Source: a virus
Taxonomy: Duplodnaviria > Caudoviricetes
DNA: 55,742 bases
IMG/VR virus record: IMGVR_UViG_3300033143_000932
Coordinates: 1 to 55,742 of that record
Direction: 5' to 3' (one strand)
In this document: positions 1 to 10,900 of the stretch, piece by piece
Layout of the letters: the number at the start of each line of letters is the position of its first letter
How positions within the stretch are numbered: position 1 is the first letter of the stretch
Translations under genes and position numbers: made by a program
The notes under the pieces: generated by a model
What the model was told of the DNA's origin: nothing
Database searches by the model: none
Seen by the model: only the letters and a program-made list of their open reading frames with translations

Positions 1-429
1 ATAAATTGGCAAACTGCATATAAGTATGAAATGACTCCTAGAATATTACTTCAAAGATTAGGTACTGAAGCTGGTAGAGATATTATTCATCCTAATATTT
101 GGGTTAATGCTTTATTTGCTGATTATAAACAAATAGGAACTACTTGGAAAGACGGAAATAATCCTTATAATGGTGAATTTAAAGAAGACAAACCTGTATA
201 TCCAAATTGGTTACTAACTGATATGAGATTTCCTAATGAAATGGAAGCAGTAACTAGTAGAGGAGGTATTACTATTAGAGTTAATAGAGATAATGAGAAT
301 GAATCAAATCACCCTTCTGAAACAGGTTTAGATGATGCTACATTTGATTATACTATTGATAATAATGGTACTATGGAAGATTTAATTGAAAAAGTAAAAT
401 TTATACTAATTAAAGAAAATATAATATGA
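1..429 (+). CDS. Deoxynucleoside monophosphate kinase, 5'-truncated by the window edge
   Basis: Motifs TPRxLLQxLGTE..R, WV, LTDMRFPNE and HPSETGLD are typical of T4 gp1-like dNMP kinases. The P-loop is missing and the frame is open from base 1 to the Met at 31, so the true start is upstream. Confidence 0.85.
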   Translation: MNWQTAYKYEMTPRILLQRLGTEAGRDIIHPNIWVNALFADYKQIGTTWKDGNNPYNGEFKEDKPVYPNWLLTDMRFPNEMEAVTSRGGITIRVNRDNENESNHPSETGLDDATFDYTIDNNGTMEDLIEKVKFILIKENII

Positions 430-746
430 ATTTACATAAAGAATATATAGATACTAAAAAACCTAATCTTAAAATACGTATTTCATTATCTTTTAATAAA
501 GATACAATACATTGGGCTACTAACAAACCTAAAGAAAAAGGATATCAAGTTGTAGTTACACCTACTGAAGTAATAGATAAAGGAGATTATAAAGTTGAAA
601 CAACATCTGCTTTTAGTGGATTTTATGAAGTTATATTACCAGTTGAAAGACAATCTAAAAAAAGATTAGAAACTGCAATTAATTTAATAAAAGAAAATAA
701 AGATAGATATATTGAGTATTTTAAACAAAAAGGAATAGAGATATGA
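426..746 (+). CDS. Hypothetical protein (106 aa)
   Basis: ORF overlaps both neighbours by 4 nt; codon usage as in the rest of the window. Confidence 0.75.
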   Translation: MNLHKEYIDTKKPNLKIRISLSFNKDTIHWATNKPKEKGYQVVVTPTEVIDKGDYKVETTSAFSGFYEVILPVERQSKKRLETAINLIKENKDRYIEYFKQKGIEI

Positions 747-1429
747 ACAGAGACCAAATGGTAATACCATTCTTAGAAATGTCAGGTATGTCAGTAGATA
801 AAAAACCTACTGATGTACTTAGAAAACATAGAGAATTAGCACTATCTTTAATATTTGAAGAAGCTTGTGAAGAATTAGCAGAAGCTAGTGGTGTACAAGA
901 TAAATTGTATTATCTATGTAAAGAATATACTAAACAACATGAATTAAGAACTGATGATTTAGTTACTGATAAAATTGATGTAGTAGAACAATTAGATGCT
1001 CTTGCAGATGCACAATATGTAGTATCTTGGGCAATTAATGTACTAGGACATAAAGAACATTTTGATAAAGCTTATGAAGAAGTATGTAGAAGTAATAATT
1101 CTAAAGCTTGTAAAAATATGGATGAAGCACAAGCTACAGTTGATTTTGTAATGGAGAATACAAATGAAGAATGTACAATTTTCCCTGTAAATGATAAATT
1201 TGTAGTGAAACGTAATTCAGATGGTAAACTAATGAAGAATAAATATTATTCTCCAGCTAATTTTAAACAATTTTTAGAACCATTACAACATAGAGAACTT
1301 AATGATAATGAAGAAATAGAATTTAGAAAATGGGCTAGAGATAATTATATTAAAGGTCAAGATATAAATTCTTTGTGGCATCCTATAACAATAGACGAAT
1401 GTAATAAAATAAATAAGAATGAGAACTAA
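743..1429 (+). CDS. MazG-like (all-alpha) NTP pyrophosphohydrolase, PRA-PH-like, with an extra C-terminal domain
   Basis: LIFEEACEELAEA ... EQLDALADAQYV ... EVCRSNNSK ... DGKLMKNKYYSPANF matches the phage MazG-like pattern (EExxE, DALxDxxYV, SNxSK, DGKxxK). Confidence 0.85.
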   Translation: MNRDQMVIPFLEMSGMSVDKKPTDVLRKHRELALSLIFEEACEELAEASGVQDKLYYLCKEYTKQHELRTDDLVTDKIDVVEQLDALADAQYVVSWAINVLGHKEHFDKAYEEVCRSNNSKACKNMDEAQATVDFVMENTNEECTIFPVNDKFVVKRNSDGKLMKNKYYSPANFKQFLEPLQHRELNDNEEIEFRKWARDNYIKGQDINSLWHPITIDECNKINKNEN

Positions 1430-1604
1430 AGGAAATCAATTAACAGATAATGAAGTTAGAGAAATAAAAACTGAATTAAAAGTTAATGGATTTACAATAG
1501 AAAAATGTGAAGAGTTAGGTATAAAATATAATGTTAGATATCATTCGATATATAATATCGCATTAAAGAAAACATATAAACACATAAAAATAAACTATGA
1601 GTGA
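1419..1604 (+). CDS. Small helix-turn-helix DNA-binding protein
   Basis: LTDNEVREIK...ELGIKYNVRYHSIYNIALKKTYKHI resembles the small HTH module often appended to HNH endonucleases. Confidence 0.6.
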   Translation: MRTKGNQLTDNEVREIKTELKVNGFTIEKCEELGIKYNVRYHSIYNIALKKTYKHIKINYE

Positions 1605-2154
1605 AAATAAAGAATTAGCAATATTTAATTTAGATGCACCAATATCTACTAAAGATACTATCGAATCTATTAAAGATAAGATTTTATCAGGAGAGATTGA
1701 TGAAGCTAAAGCAGGTGTTATTTTAAAAAGAATGACAAAAATATCTGAAGAAGTTTTAAAAGATAAAGATGTAAAGAAAGCAATAGAAGAAGAATGTATG
1801 CGTCATATAAATAATCAGAAAAGTGCTGAATATTTTGGAGCAAAGTTTTCTCAAGCTGCTGTACATACATATTATAAATTTGAAGAATGTAATGACCCTC
1901 TATGGGATGCATTAGATTTAGCTGAAAAGCAAATTAAAGCTGCTAAGAAAGATAGAGAAACATTTCTTAAAACATTAATTCCTACAAAAGATACAATACA
2001 ACAAACTAAATTAGGATTTGGTGTTAAGAATACAAGTAAACAAGAAATAATTGAATCAATACCTGTTGTTGAATGGAAAGAAGATGGTGAAATAGCTACT
2101 ATTAAACCACCTATCAAAGGTCAAAAAATGGGTATTAAATACATGAAAATATAA
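1597..2154 (+). CDS. Hypothetical protein (185 aa)
   Basis: Tightly packed ORF in the operon; no catalytic motif recognised. Confidence 0.75.
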   Translation: MSENKELAIFNLDAPISTKDTIESIKDKILSGEIDEAKAGVILKRMTKISEEVLKDKDVKKAIEEECMRHINNQKSAEYFGAKFSQAAVHTYYKFEECNDPLWDALDLAEKQIKAAKKDRETFLKTLIPTKDTIQQTKLGFGVKNTSKQEIIESIPVVEWKEDGEIATIKPPIKGQKMGIKYMKI

Positions 2155-2157
2155 TAT

Positions 2158-3198
2158 ATGGCACATAATTTAAATATACACAAAGGACGTGCTTCGTTCT
2201 TTAGTGTAAAAGAAAAAGCATGGCATGGTTTAGGAGAAGTCCTAGAAGATTGTCCAACAAGTGAAGAAGCAATTAAATATGCAGGTTTAAACTTTGAAGT
2301 AGGTTTATCTCCTTTATTAGCTGATTTAAATAAACAAGCATTTGATGAGAATGGTCAAAAGAAAACTCCTTTTATGGTTAATTATGACCATATGATGGAA
2401 GTACCTGGAAAATTTGCTACTTATCGTAAAGATAATGGTTGTATATTTGGTGTTGTTGGAAGTAGATATGAAATAGTACAAAATAGAGACGCTTTTGAGT
2501 TCTTTGATGCTATTGTTGGAAAAGGTGAAGCAATATATGAAACTGCTGGTGCTTTAGGTAACGGTGAAACTATTTTCATTACTGCTAAATTACCTAGTTA
2601 TATTAGAGTAGGTAAAGATGATGATATAGAGAAGTACCTATTATTGACAATGGCTCATGATGGTTCTAAATCTATACAGGCGATGTTTACTCCAATACGT
2701 GTAGTATGTAATAATACATTATCTGCCGCATTAAAAGGTAAATCTAATAAAGTAACTATTCGTCATACTAAATCAGCACATGAGAATTTAAAGAGGGCGC
2801 ATGAAGCTCTTGGAATTGTTAATATGTTGAGTGATGAACTTGGTGACATATTTAATAATATGGCAAGAAAACCATTATATGGTGACCCTCTTGAAGCATA
2901 TATTGAAAGTTCACTTGGTTTAACTAGAGACGAAGAAGGTTATTTATCTACAAGAGCAAGTAACATTAAACAAAATGTATTAGAATACATGGAAGTTAAT
3001 GAAACTCAAAAAGTAGAAACATGTAGAGGTACTTTATATGGTGCATATAATGCTGTTACAGGTTATCTTTCTAATGTAAAAGATTATAAAGATAACAATA
3101 GTAAGAAAATGCAAAATATGATATTTGGTACTGATGCTACTATAAATAATAGAGCATTGAATTTAGGAGTAAATATATTACAAGGTAAAAATTACTAA
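2158..3198 (+). CDS. DUF932 family phage/plasmid protein
   Basis: MAHN...AWHGLG, Y.IVQN.DAF.FFD, YETAGALGNG, HDGS, TPIRVVCNNTL, RHT and GTLYGAYNAVT are the family signature. Confidence 0.9.
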   Translation: MAHNLNIHKGRASFFSVKEKAWHGLGEVLEDCPTSEEAIKYAGLNFEVGLSPLLADLNKQAFDENGQKKTPFMVNYDHMMEVPGKFATYRKDNGCIFGVVGSRYEIVQNRDAFEFFDAIVGKGEAIYETAGALGNGETIFITAKLPSYIRVGKDDDIEKYLLLTMAHDGSKSIQAMFTPIRVVCNNTLSAALKGKSNKVTIRHTKSAHENLKRAHEALGIVNMLSDELGDIFNNMARKPLYGDPLEAYIESSLGLTRDEEGYLSTRASNIKQNVLEYMEVNETQKVETCRGTLYGAYNAVTGYLSNVKDYKDNNSKKMQNMIFGTDATINNRALNLGVNILQGKNY

Positions 3199-3215
3199 TT
3201 TAAAATAAAATAAAA

Positions 3216-3641
3216 ATGAGTAAAGCAGAAGAAAAATTACAAGAAGAAGCAGAACAAGATTTAGCTAAGGTAAAATCAGACAAAGAAATAATAGAAATGT
3301 TTTCTGATATAGTTCCTAATACTAATATGATAGCTATTGTACCACCATTAGTACAAAGGTATTATAATGTTAATCATAAAAATCCCGAAAGAGAACCTAA
3401 ATATCTACAAAAAACAGATGATGTATTTGATAAAGAAACTTTAGAAGCCTTTATGAAACATGGTTGTTTAGTTGTAGCTATTGGACATAATGTAGATACT
3501 AATTATCCTGCTGTAGAAGTAGGTAAAACTGTATATATTAGAGAAAATGGACAAAGAGGAATTAGAGTTGAAGATGAAGGGTATGCTTGTATTGTTATGG
3601 AACCTTTTAATGTAGCTTATATTCAAGATAATAGAGATTAA
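3216..3641 (+). CDS. groES: GroES/Cpn10-like co-chaperonin (divergent, long mobile-loop region)
   Basis: IVPNTNMIAIVP ~ IxPLxDRVLV; GCLVVAIG ~ GxVVAVG; VEVGKTVYI ~ VKVGDKVLF; DEGYACIVMEPFNVAYI ~ DGEEYLIMRESDILAI. Confidence 0.65.
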   Translation: MSKAEEKLQEEAEQDLAKVKSDKEIIEMFSDIVPNTNMIAIVPPLVQRYYNVNHKNPEREPKYLQKTDDVFDKETLEAFMKHGCLVVAIGHNVDTNYPAVEVGKTVYIRENGQRGIRVEDEGYACIVMEPFNVAYIQDNRD

Positions 3642-3646
3642 TAATT

Positions 3647-3671
3647 ACCCCCTCTTAATTGAGGGGGTTTT
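3647..3671 (+). terminator. Intrinsic terminator
   Basis: ACCCCCTC-TTAATT-GAGGGGGT: perfect 8-bp stem followed by a short T run, just after the stop at 3641. Confidence 0.8.
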
Positions 3672-3683
3672 AAAACTTAAATT

Positions 3684-4061
3684 ATGAGTAATAATAAAGG
3701 AGATGAATTAATAGATAGTTTAACAGGTGACGTAACAATACCTGTACAACAATTTATAAGTTTAGTTAATTCTGCTAGTGGGAATGACGCACAATTAGAA
3801 GAACAACATGCTAAACAAATGAATAAATTGATTAAAGAGCATATGAAAATGAAAGAAAATTTTATATGGTTTGCAGATGTATTTGAAAGTGTTATCAATT
3901 CTAGAAGCGAAGTAGAAATAAAAGAAGGAGAATTAATAGGTGATATTTTAAATAAAATACTTACTCCTATAACAATTAATACACCAACTAAAATAATTCA
4001 AATTGGGTTTAGTAATGGTGTAGCTAATTCAAAAGATGTTAAAACAATAGAACTAAGATAA
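3684..4061 (+). CDS. Hypothetical protein (125 aa)
   Basis: ORF with A-rich leader, co-oriented with neighbours. Confidence 0.7.
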   Translation: MSNNKGDELIDSLTGDVTIPVQQFISLVNSASGNDAQLEEQHAKQMNKLIKEHMKMKENFIWFADVFESVINSRSEVEIKEGELIGDILNKILTPITINTPTKIIQIGFSNGVANSKDVKTIELR

Positions 4062-4071
4062 CTTTACAATT

Positions 4072-4335
4072 ATGGGGAAATTTAGTAATAGATTAATTAC
4101 AACTAATGTTGCAATTAAAAAGAGATTTGAAGAAGTACATGGTATTAAATACTATAGATTTTCTTCTGAAATAGATTTTATACATTTAGTTAAATCTGAA
4201 AGTAAAACTACTCTATGTAGTAGAGAATTACTAGGTCTCAATTATGCTAAATATAAACCTAAAGGAGAGATATGTCCAAGTTGTGAATACGAAGTTTTAA
4301 AAACTAAAAAAGAAAAGAATGGAACAACACAATAA
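4072..4335 (+). CDS. Hypothetical protein, possible Zn-binding (H..C..CxxC)
   Basis: IHL...TLCS...ICPSC arrangement. Confidence 0.6.
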   Translation: MGKFSNRLITTNVAIKKRFEEVHGIKYYRFSSEIDFIHLVKSESKTTLCSRELLGLNYAKYKPKGEICPSCEYEVLKTKKEKNGTTQ

Positions 4336-4705
4336 AAAGAAGAAAACAGATATAACAGAAGAACAAAGATTAAATATAGCTACAAACTTTTTTATAGGTG
4401 TTACTCTGTTAAATGAAACAATGTTTGAAGTTTTAGATACCGAGTTATTTAAAGGTAGAAATAAGATTGAAGGTAAAAGATTACTAAATTACTTTTCCCC
4501 TGTAGAGAAGAAGTTATTTAACACGTTCAGAATAAAGAATGAACAAGAAGAGGAAGATGAATTTCAACGTACTATAGGAAATATAGGAAAAATAGTAACA
4601 GAAATAGCTGACTTAAATGGTAGTGATATCCAAGCTATACTAGATGGGATAGAAGTTTATAAAAAAGAACTTCAAAGTGATAAGGTAGAAGAAATAACTA
4701 CCTGA
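4319..4705 (+). CDS. Hypothetical protein (128 aa)
   Basis: Overlaps the previous gene; last gene before the convergent junction. Confidence 0.7.
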   Translation: MEQHNKKKKTDITEEQRLNIATNFFIGVTLLNETMFEVLDTELFKGRNKIEGKRLLNYFSPVEKKLFNTFRIKNEQEEEDEFQRTIGNIGKIVTEIADLNGSDIQAILDGIEVYKKELQSDKVEEITT

Positions 4706-4770
4706 GAATTCAATATTCAAAATCAATGTGGGTAATTGTACAGTACGTGAAAAATATGAGATACTTGATA

Positions 4771-4852
4771 TAACTAACTGATTATCAAGTACTTACAAAA
4801 GCGTGTCCTGGAGTCTTAGAGACTTAACTACCTGATTATCAATGAATTACAA
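4771..4852 (+). repeat. Two 28-bp direct repeats (24/28 identical), each containing the IHF consensus WATCAANNNNTTR
   Basis: TAACTAACTGATTATCAAGTACTTACAA (4771-4798) and TAACTACCTGATTATCAATGAATTACAA (4825-4852), offset 54 bp. Confidence 0.8.
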
Positions 4853-4879
4853 CAAACTGATGAAAGTTTACAATAGAAG

Positions 4880-4917
4880 AAAGGGTAACTACTATATCTA
4901 GTACGTTACCCTTTTTT
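4880..4917. terminator. Probable bidirectional intrinsic terminator between convergent gene blocks
   Basis: AAAGGGTAAC-TACTA-TATC-TAGTA-C-GTTACCCTTT followed by TTT on +; pyrimidine-rich tail on -; about 20 bp from the RNAP stop. Confidence 0.8.
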
Positions 4918-4937
4918 AAATCATTACGTCTAGTACT

Positions 4938-7900
4938 TTACTTATCAAATACTTGTCTAGATGCAGATATATTTCTATATACTTGTGTTCCAAATGGTAG
5001 ACTTTGCATAGTCTCTCTTAAGAATCTACTATCACCGCTATTTATTCCTCCTTTAATCTCATCTTCACCCATCATAAGTAGAGTAGCAGACTCAATCCAT
5101 TGTCCAGCGTCATTTATTAAACCTAATGCTGGAACTGAATTCTTAGTTAATGATTCAAATGATGCGGGATTAGTATAAAAACTAATATCCGTTTGTAATC
5201 TTAACATTTGGTTCAATGTATAGTTAATTAAGAATTTATTCTTATCTTCATCATCTCCTGCCATTGATTTAAGAAGTAATCCTATACCTAGTAAGTTCAT
5301 ATATATAACTAACTCTGTTAGATTCTTTCTCATATTAGCTGCATCTACTTCACTAAACTTTTCATCAAATTTAGTTGCTCTAAATGTTAACTTACGTACT
5401 AATTGTTTAGCTGTAAATAGTAAGTTAGCCGCAGGACTTTCTTTTACAGTCTCATATAAACTAACATATCTACCTTTTCTAGTATACCCTAATAAACTAT
5501 CAAACTTTTCAGATTCAAATCTATTTGAGAAACCTTCAAACATCCATGTTCTGAATTGAGTTAAAGCTCTACCCATTATCTTTTGTTTAGCAAGTAATGG
5601 AGAATCAGGGTCGTAGTTACCATGAGCAGATTTAATAAGTTGGTCTAACTGTACTTTATAGTTATCTAATAAATCTTGGTCTAACTCAAAGTTCTCTTTA
5701 ACATCACCATTCTCATCATAAGCTTCCCATAAAGTATATTCTTTACCATCTTTACCTGTTACTGGTTTGTTCATCATCAAAGCAATCATCATAGGTGCTT
5801 GATTGACATATTCAGAACGTGCTTGTAGATTATATGGTGAAGCAAATTTAACTCTATTCTTTAAACCTGATTGAGTAGTAGATTCGTATAGTTCATTAGT
5901 AGCATCTTTAAGTACATCAAAGCTATCCATTAAACTTCTAATCTTTTTAGCTTGTTTACTTTCAACAACATTAAAAGTTAAATTCTTACCTATAGAAGCT
6001 TTTACCATCCACATTGCACTTAGGAATTGTTTCTTACTGTATGCTCTACCATCACTAGCTTCAATTAGATTAGATATCACACCAAATCCCATGTTACTAA
6101 ATGCACTAAATACGTTCCAACCCATTCCTTTAAGTTGTACATATTTAAGGACGTTATCTCCTATTTTAGAACCTACAACATTACCACCTAATTCTTCAAT
6201 TTGTGTTTCAAGTGTAATTTTAGTTGTTTCGTATTTAGTTTCATCTATTTCATTAGACTTAAATAATCTCTCATTAATTTCTAATTTAGATTCTAAATCC
6301 TTTTTATCTTCTTTCTCAGTCTTAGTTAATTTTCTAATATCAGAAACACCTTCAAGATTCCTTGTTTTACCATAGAAAGCATCCATGAAATAATCATATT
6401 GTGCTTTAAGTTTAGTAAATGATTCTTCTTGTGTTTTCTTAACTAAGTTTCCACTAGGGTCTACTTTAGGTCTTTTATCAGATGTAAATTCTATTTCAGC
6501 AGTATTATGTAAAATAGAATTAACTAATCTTAATTGGTCTTCTATACCAGCTTTATGCTTATAAGATAATACAGTAGATGTATAAGCTTTTAATACTTTA
6601 CCTAAATCTAATGACTTCTCTTTAGCTAATTCATTCTTAATATCCTTAATCATTTCTTTAACTTCGATAGCTGTTGCTTCTTTACCTGTAGTTTGGAAAT
6701 GATTAATCTTTTTAATTTTTAATAGCTTACTTACAGTAGCAGATTTATCAGATAGATGTTTAATATTTAAACTCTTTTCTACTTCACCTGTTACAGGGTC
6801 ACGTAATGCGAAAGATACATCATCAACATCGTCTGTTAAATTAGATTCTGTAAATTTATCAAATAAACCTCTAAATCCACCTTTCATACCTTTCTCACTA
6901 AACAACTCTAAAGTACTCTTACGTATTTCAGGTATAGTGTTAATTTGCATTTTATCTTGTTTACTTGGTGGTAAATAAGAAGTCATTTCAACAAATGTAT
7001 CTAATATGTACTCATAAAACTCTAACAATGTTTCATTATTAGAAATCTTCTCAAAGTCTTTATCATACCATTCAGTTGCTTTACCTTTTGTATCAACTCT
7101 TCTTGGAGCTTCATAAGTATATTCGTAACCTTTAGGTCTAATAAAATCTTTACCATACTTTAGAACTTGTCCATCAATAGCCATTTTAGAATAGTAATAC
7201 GGAGAATTAGTTAATTCCCATAATTTTAACTCTTCTGCTTTCTCTTTATCTGTTAGTTCTTCAAGACTATCAATTCTTTCTTTAGTATAATCGTAAGTCT
7301 CTTTGTATTTCTTTATCTTATCTTCTAATTCAGTTATTAATTTATTATAACTAGCTTCACCTAAATGACTTTTCAACTCTTCTCTATGTTTATCAGCTAC
7401 AGCTTTATCATATGTTTGGTGAGTATATACTTCTTTATCTGGAAATAACTTTCTTACATCAAATATAATTTCATTTTCTTTTTTCCATTTAAGGTACTTG
7501 TTCCAATCTTCTTTCTTATTAGTAGCTTTAGCTTTTCTTCTAAGTCTAGATTTAGTCTCAAAGAATTTAGTACTATACATATGAACTAAATCACCTGTAT
7601 ATCTACCTTTAGAATCTTGTTGTAAGAACATATCATACTTGTTACTACCTTTAGGTAATAAAGGATTAACACGTTCTAATAAGTTATCAAAGTCTTTAAA
7701 TACTTTTTCACTTTCTTTTCTAGCATTATCATTAGCAACCTTTTGTGATTTTAAAGCAGACTGTAATAATGCATTATCATTTCTACTAATATCTAATGTT
7801 CTACTAGCTAAGAAACTAACATCTTGTTGTTTAGCGAATATCTCTGAAATAGTAGTTTCAACACCTACTTCATCTTTAATAAACTCTTTACCTAATTTAT

Positions 7901-10900
7901 ACTGTAATTTAGTTAATTTATCAGCATAATTTTCAGCATCAATTTGATATATACCGAATGTATGATTTAATTCAGTACTAGTCTTTTCATCTTCATTAAA
8001 GAATAACTCTCTACCTTTTTTCCAAACATTTAATATTCTACTTGCTTCATGTAATTCAGAAGCAGTTACTTTCTCTTTAACTAGAATATTTTTGACTCTA
8101 TTTAAATCTCTCTCTGCTAAAAATTGTATATCTTCTAATTTAGACGCTTCCTCTAACTCACTTATCTCGTCATCTATAACGGCAAGACGAGAATTTAATT
8201 CTTCAAGACGTTTTAAATTGTTTTCTTTCTTAGCTGAAACAATAGATTGTTCAACTTGTCTCTTTCTAAATTGAACTTCATTTATTAAACGTATAAATCT
8301 ATTACCATCGTCCATTAAATCAGGAAGATAATAAAATTCATTTTCTTTCTCACGTTCTATAATTAATGCATCATACATTCTACGGTCACCTTTCTCACCA
8401 GTTTGTTTAGCGAATTTAATAGTATAACCATCAGGTACTCTTGTCATTAATTTTTTACGTAATGCTAGAGTCTTTTCGTAGTTCTTTTCTAAGTATCTTT
8501 TTCTAGTACCATCAGTATGACGTATACCTAATTTAATCTCAATTTCTTGAGTTTGGTTAATCATACTCGGTAAATAATCAGTAGTACTATCAGGTTCAAT
8601 ATTTGATTCTATAATACCAAATACATCAGTAATAACATCTTTCAATGCTGAATCTTTAGTTAAACCTAGTGTTTCTAATACATCTACAATTCTATCTACT
8701 AATTCTTGGAAGAAACTCTTTTCAGGACTATATTTCATAGTCTTTAAGATATCTTGAAATTCAGTAGAAGTCATTGCTAATGCAACAAACTCTTGTAAAT
8801 TATATGCACCATAAGTTACTTCTGCTTCTTCAACAGTTAAGCCTACTTTTTTACCTTGTTTAACTTGTTCTAATTTTTCAACTAATGTTTTAAGTTTAGT
8901 AGGGTCTATATTATTTTTAAGTTCATTAAAGATACCTTGTAAACGAAGTACTTGAGGACTACCACTTTTAATAGCTTGATTAGTAAATGCATGAGTTAAT
9001 TCGTGTAATAATACTTTTTCAAGTTCTTTAGTAGAATTAATTTTACTAGGATTATAATATATTACATTACCTTTAGTAGCTCCTCTTGCATTAAGGTCTA
9101 AATCAGTTTCAATTACAACATTTACTTTATTAACGTTTTCTAATAATTTCTTAGCGTATTCTTTATATAAAGGATTAGTAGAATTTGTAATTACATTACC
9201 TAAGAACCCTAAAGTACGTCTAGTATCATTTTCTTCATTTAAACTATATAAACCTGTAATACCTTCACCTTCTTCATTATCAATATAATATTTATCATAT
9301 ACGTCTTCAGGTATATCTTTAGTTCCTTTAATTTTACTCCTAGACTTGTTCGCCTGTATCAATGAAGAAGAATAACTAATACCTTTATCATATTCTTTAT
9401 ATCCAAAAGTACCTAATGTATCTATTTTATGATAAGTTAGTCCTTCACCTAATTCATATAAGTTAAACTTGTTTCCACTTTTAACATTATACATTGAGAT
9501 ATATCTTGGAGGTCTAGCGTAACCATTCTCTATTTTCCATAATGGTTCAGATTCTTTAATTATAGTTATTGATTCTGTTTTAGAGACATCTTTAATACTA
9601 TCTTTTAAATAAATTGAATCAGATTGTAATATAGTAGCTTTACTAGGATTATGTTGAAAATATTGTCTTTCAAATGTTTTCAACCCTTGTTCATCTAATA
9701 TTAAGTCATTTAAACCTTTAGAAAAACCAATAGTATTTAAATATGATTGAGGAATATATTTAATAAATTGTATTGCTTCTTGTATACCACCTGTAGCATA
9801 TTGTTGTAAGATTAAATCTTGTGCTAAAGTTCTAGTAGTATATTTAATATCGTTAAATTCTCCTATTTCTCTTTCATTTGTAATTAAATCTACAAAACCT
9901 GCATAGATATTCAATTCATCAAAATTTTCTCCTGTAGCAGCGTCAAACTTTATTAAAGAAGGTTTATTACCTTTATGAATATCAGTAGTTAATTTATTTA
10001 AAAAAGGATTTGTTTTACCAACAGGTTGAGTTTTTAAATCTTGTATAATTGAAGCCAACGATTTATTATCTTTAGTATCAAACATTAATCTTTCTCTCTC
10101 AACTGTAATATCTTTATCTTTAGATAACCCTAAATTACCACTAGTATAAATATAAGATTTTATATTTTTCCAAATATTAGTATATAATTCGTCTTTTTGA
10201 TTAATACTTAAATCTCTATTTGTAGATTCTAATTCAATAGCTTTAAACATATCCATTACAGATTTTTCACCGTAAGGTAAAAATTTATCCCATAATTTAC
10301 TATTTAAATTTAAAGCATACATACTAGCAAATCCATTAATTGTATTAGGTTTTACAAGATAATCATTAAGTTTAATGTAACCTTCATTTTTGATAAATTG
10401 TTGTTCTTCATTTATACCTATAAGTTGTCTAGGTATGTAATCTCCAATTAATTTACTCGCATTAGCTACTACTCCTTCATTACCTAATTTATCTAATTTT
10501 CCAGCTTTTAGTTTATTAATTATCATTGATTTATTTAAACCTGCACTATCAGTATTTATAGTAGATTGTAAATCTGCAAGTACTAAACCTAATTCTTTTA
10601 ATCTTTTAAATTTAAATAAAATAGATGCTTGTGTTTTTTGGTACTTTAAGTTGTCTTTATGATTATCACTATTTTGAATCATGTATAAAAGTTCTTTAGA
10701 CCCTATATCAGCAAGTCCAAGAAAGTTTTTATCCATATCTGTTTCTTTCATTAGTGGAGCGTACTTTTTAATTAAAGTACTTACAACATATTCTTCTCTA
10801 CCAGAAAAAGTATCAGATGTAATATCAGCGACTTTAATAGTCTCTTCAACGTAATCTCTAATTATATCTTGATTAATAAAAGCAGTTACTGTATCTTCTT

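Noticed and set aside
4771-4852. Mini CRISPR array
   Set aside because: Only two imperfect repeats with a 26-bp spacer and no cas genes; the IHF-type motif explains them better
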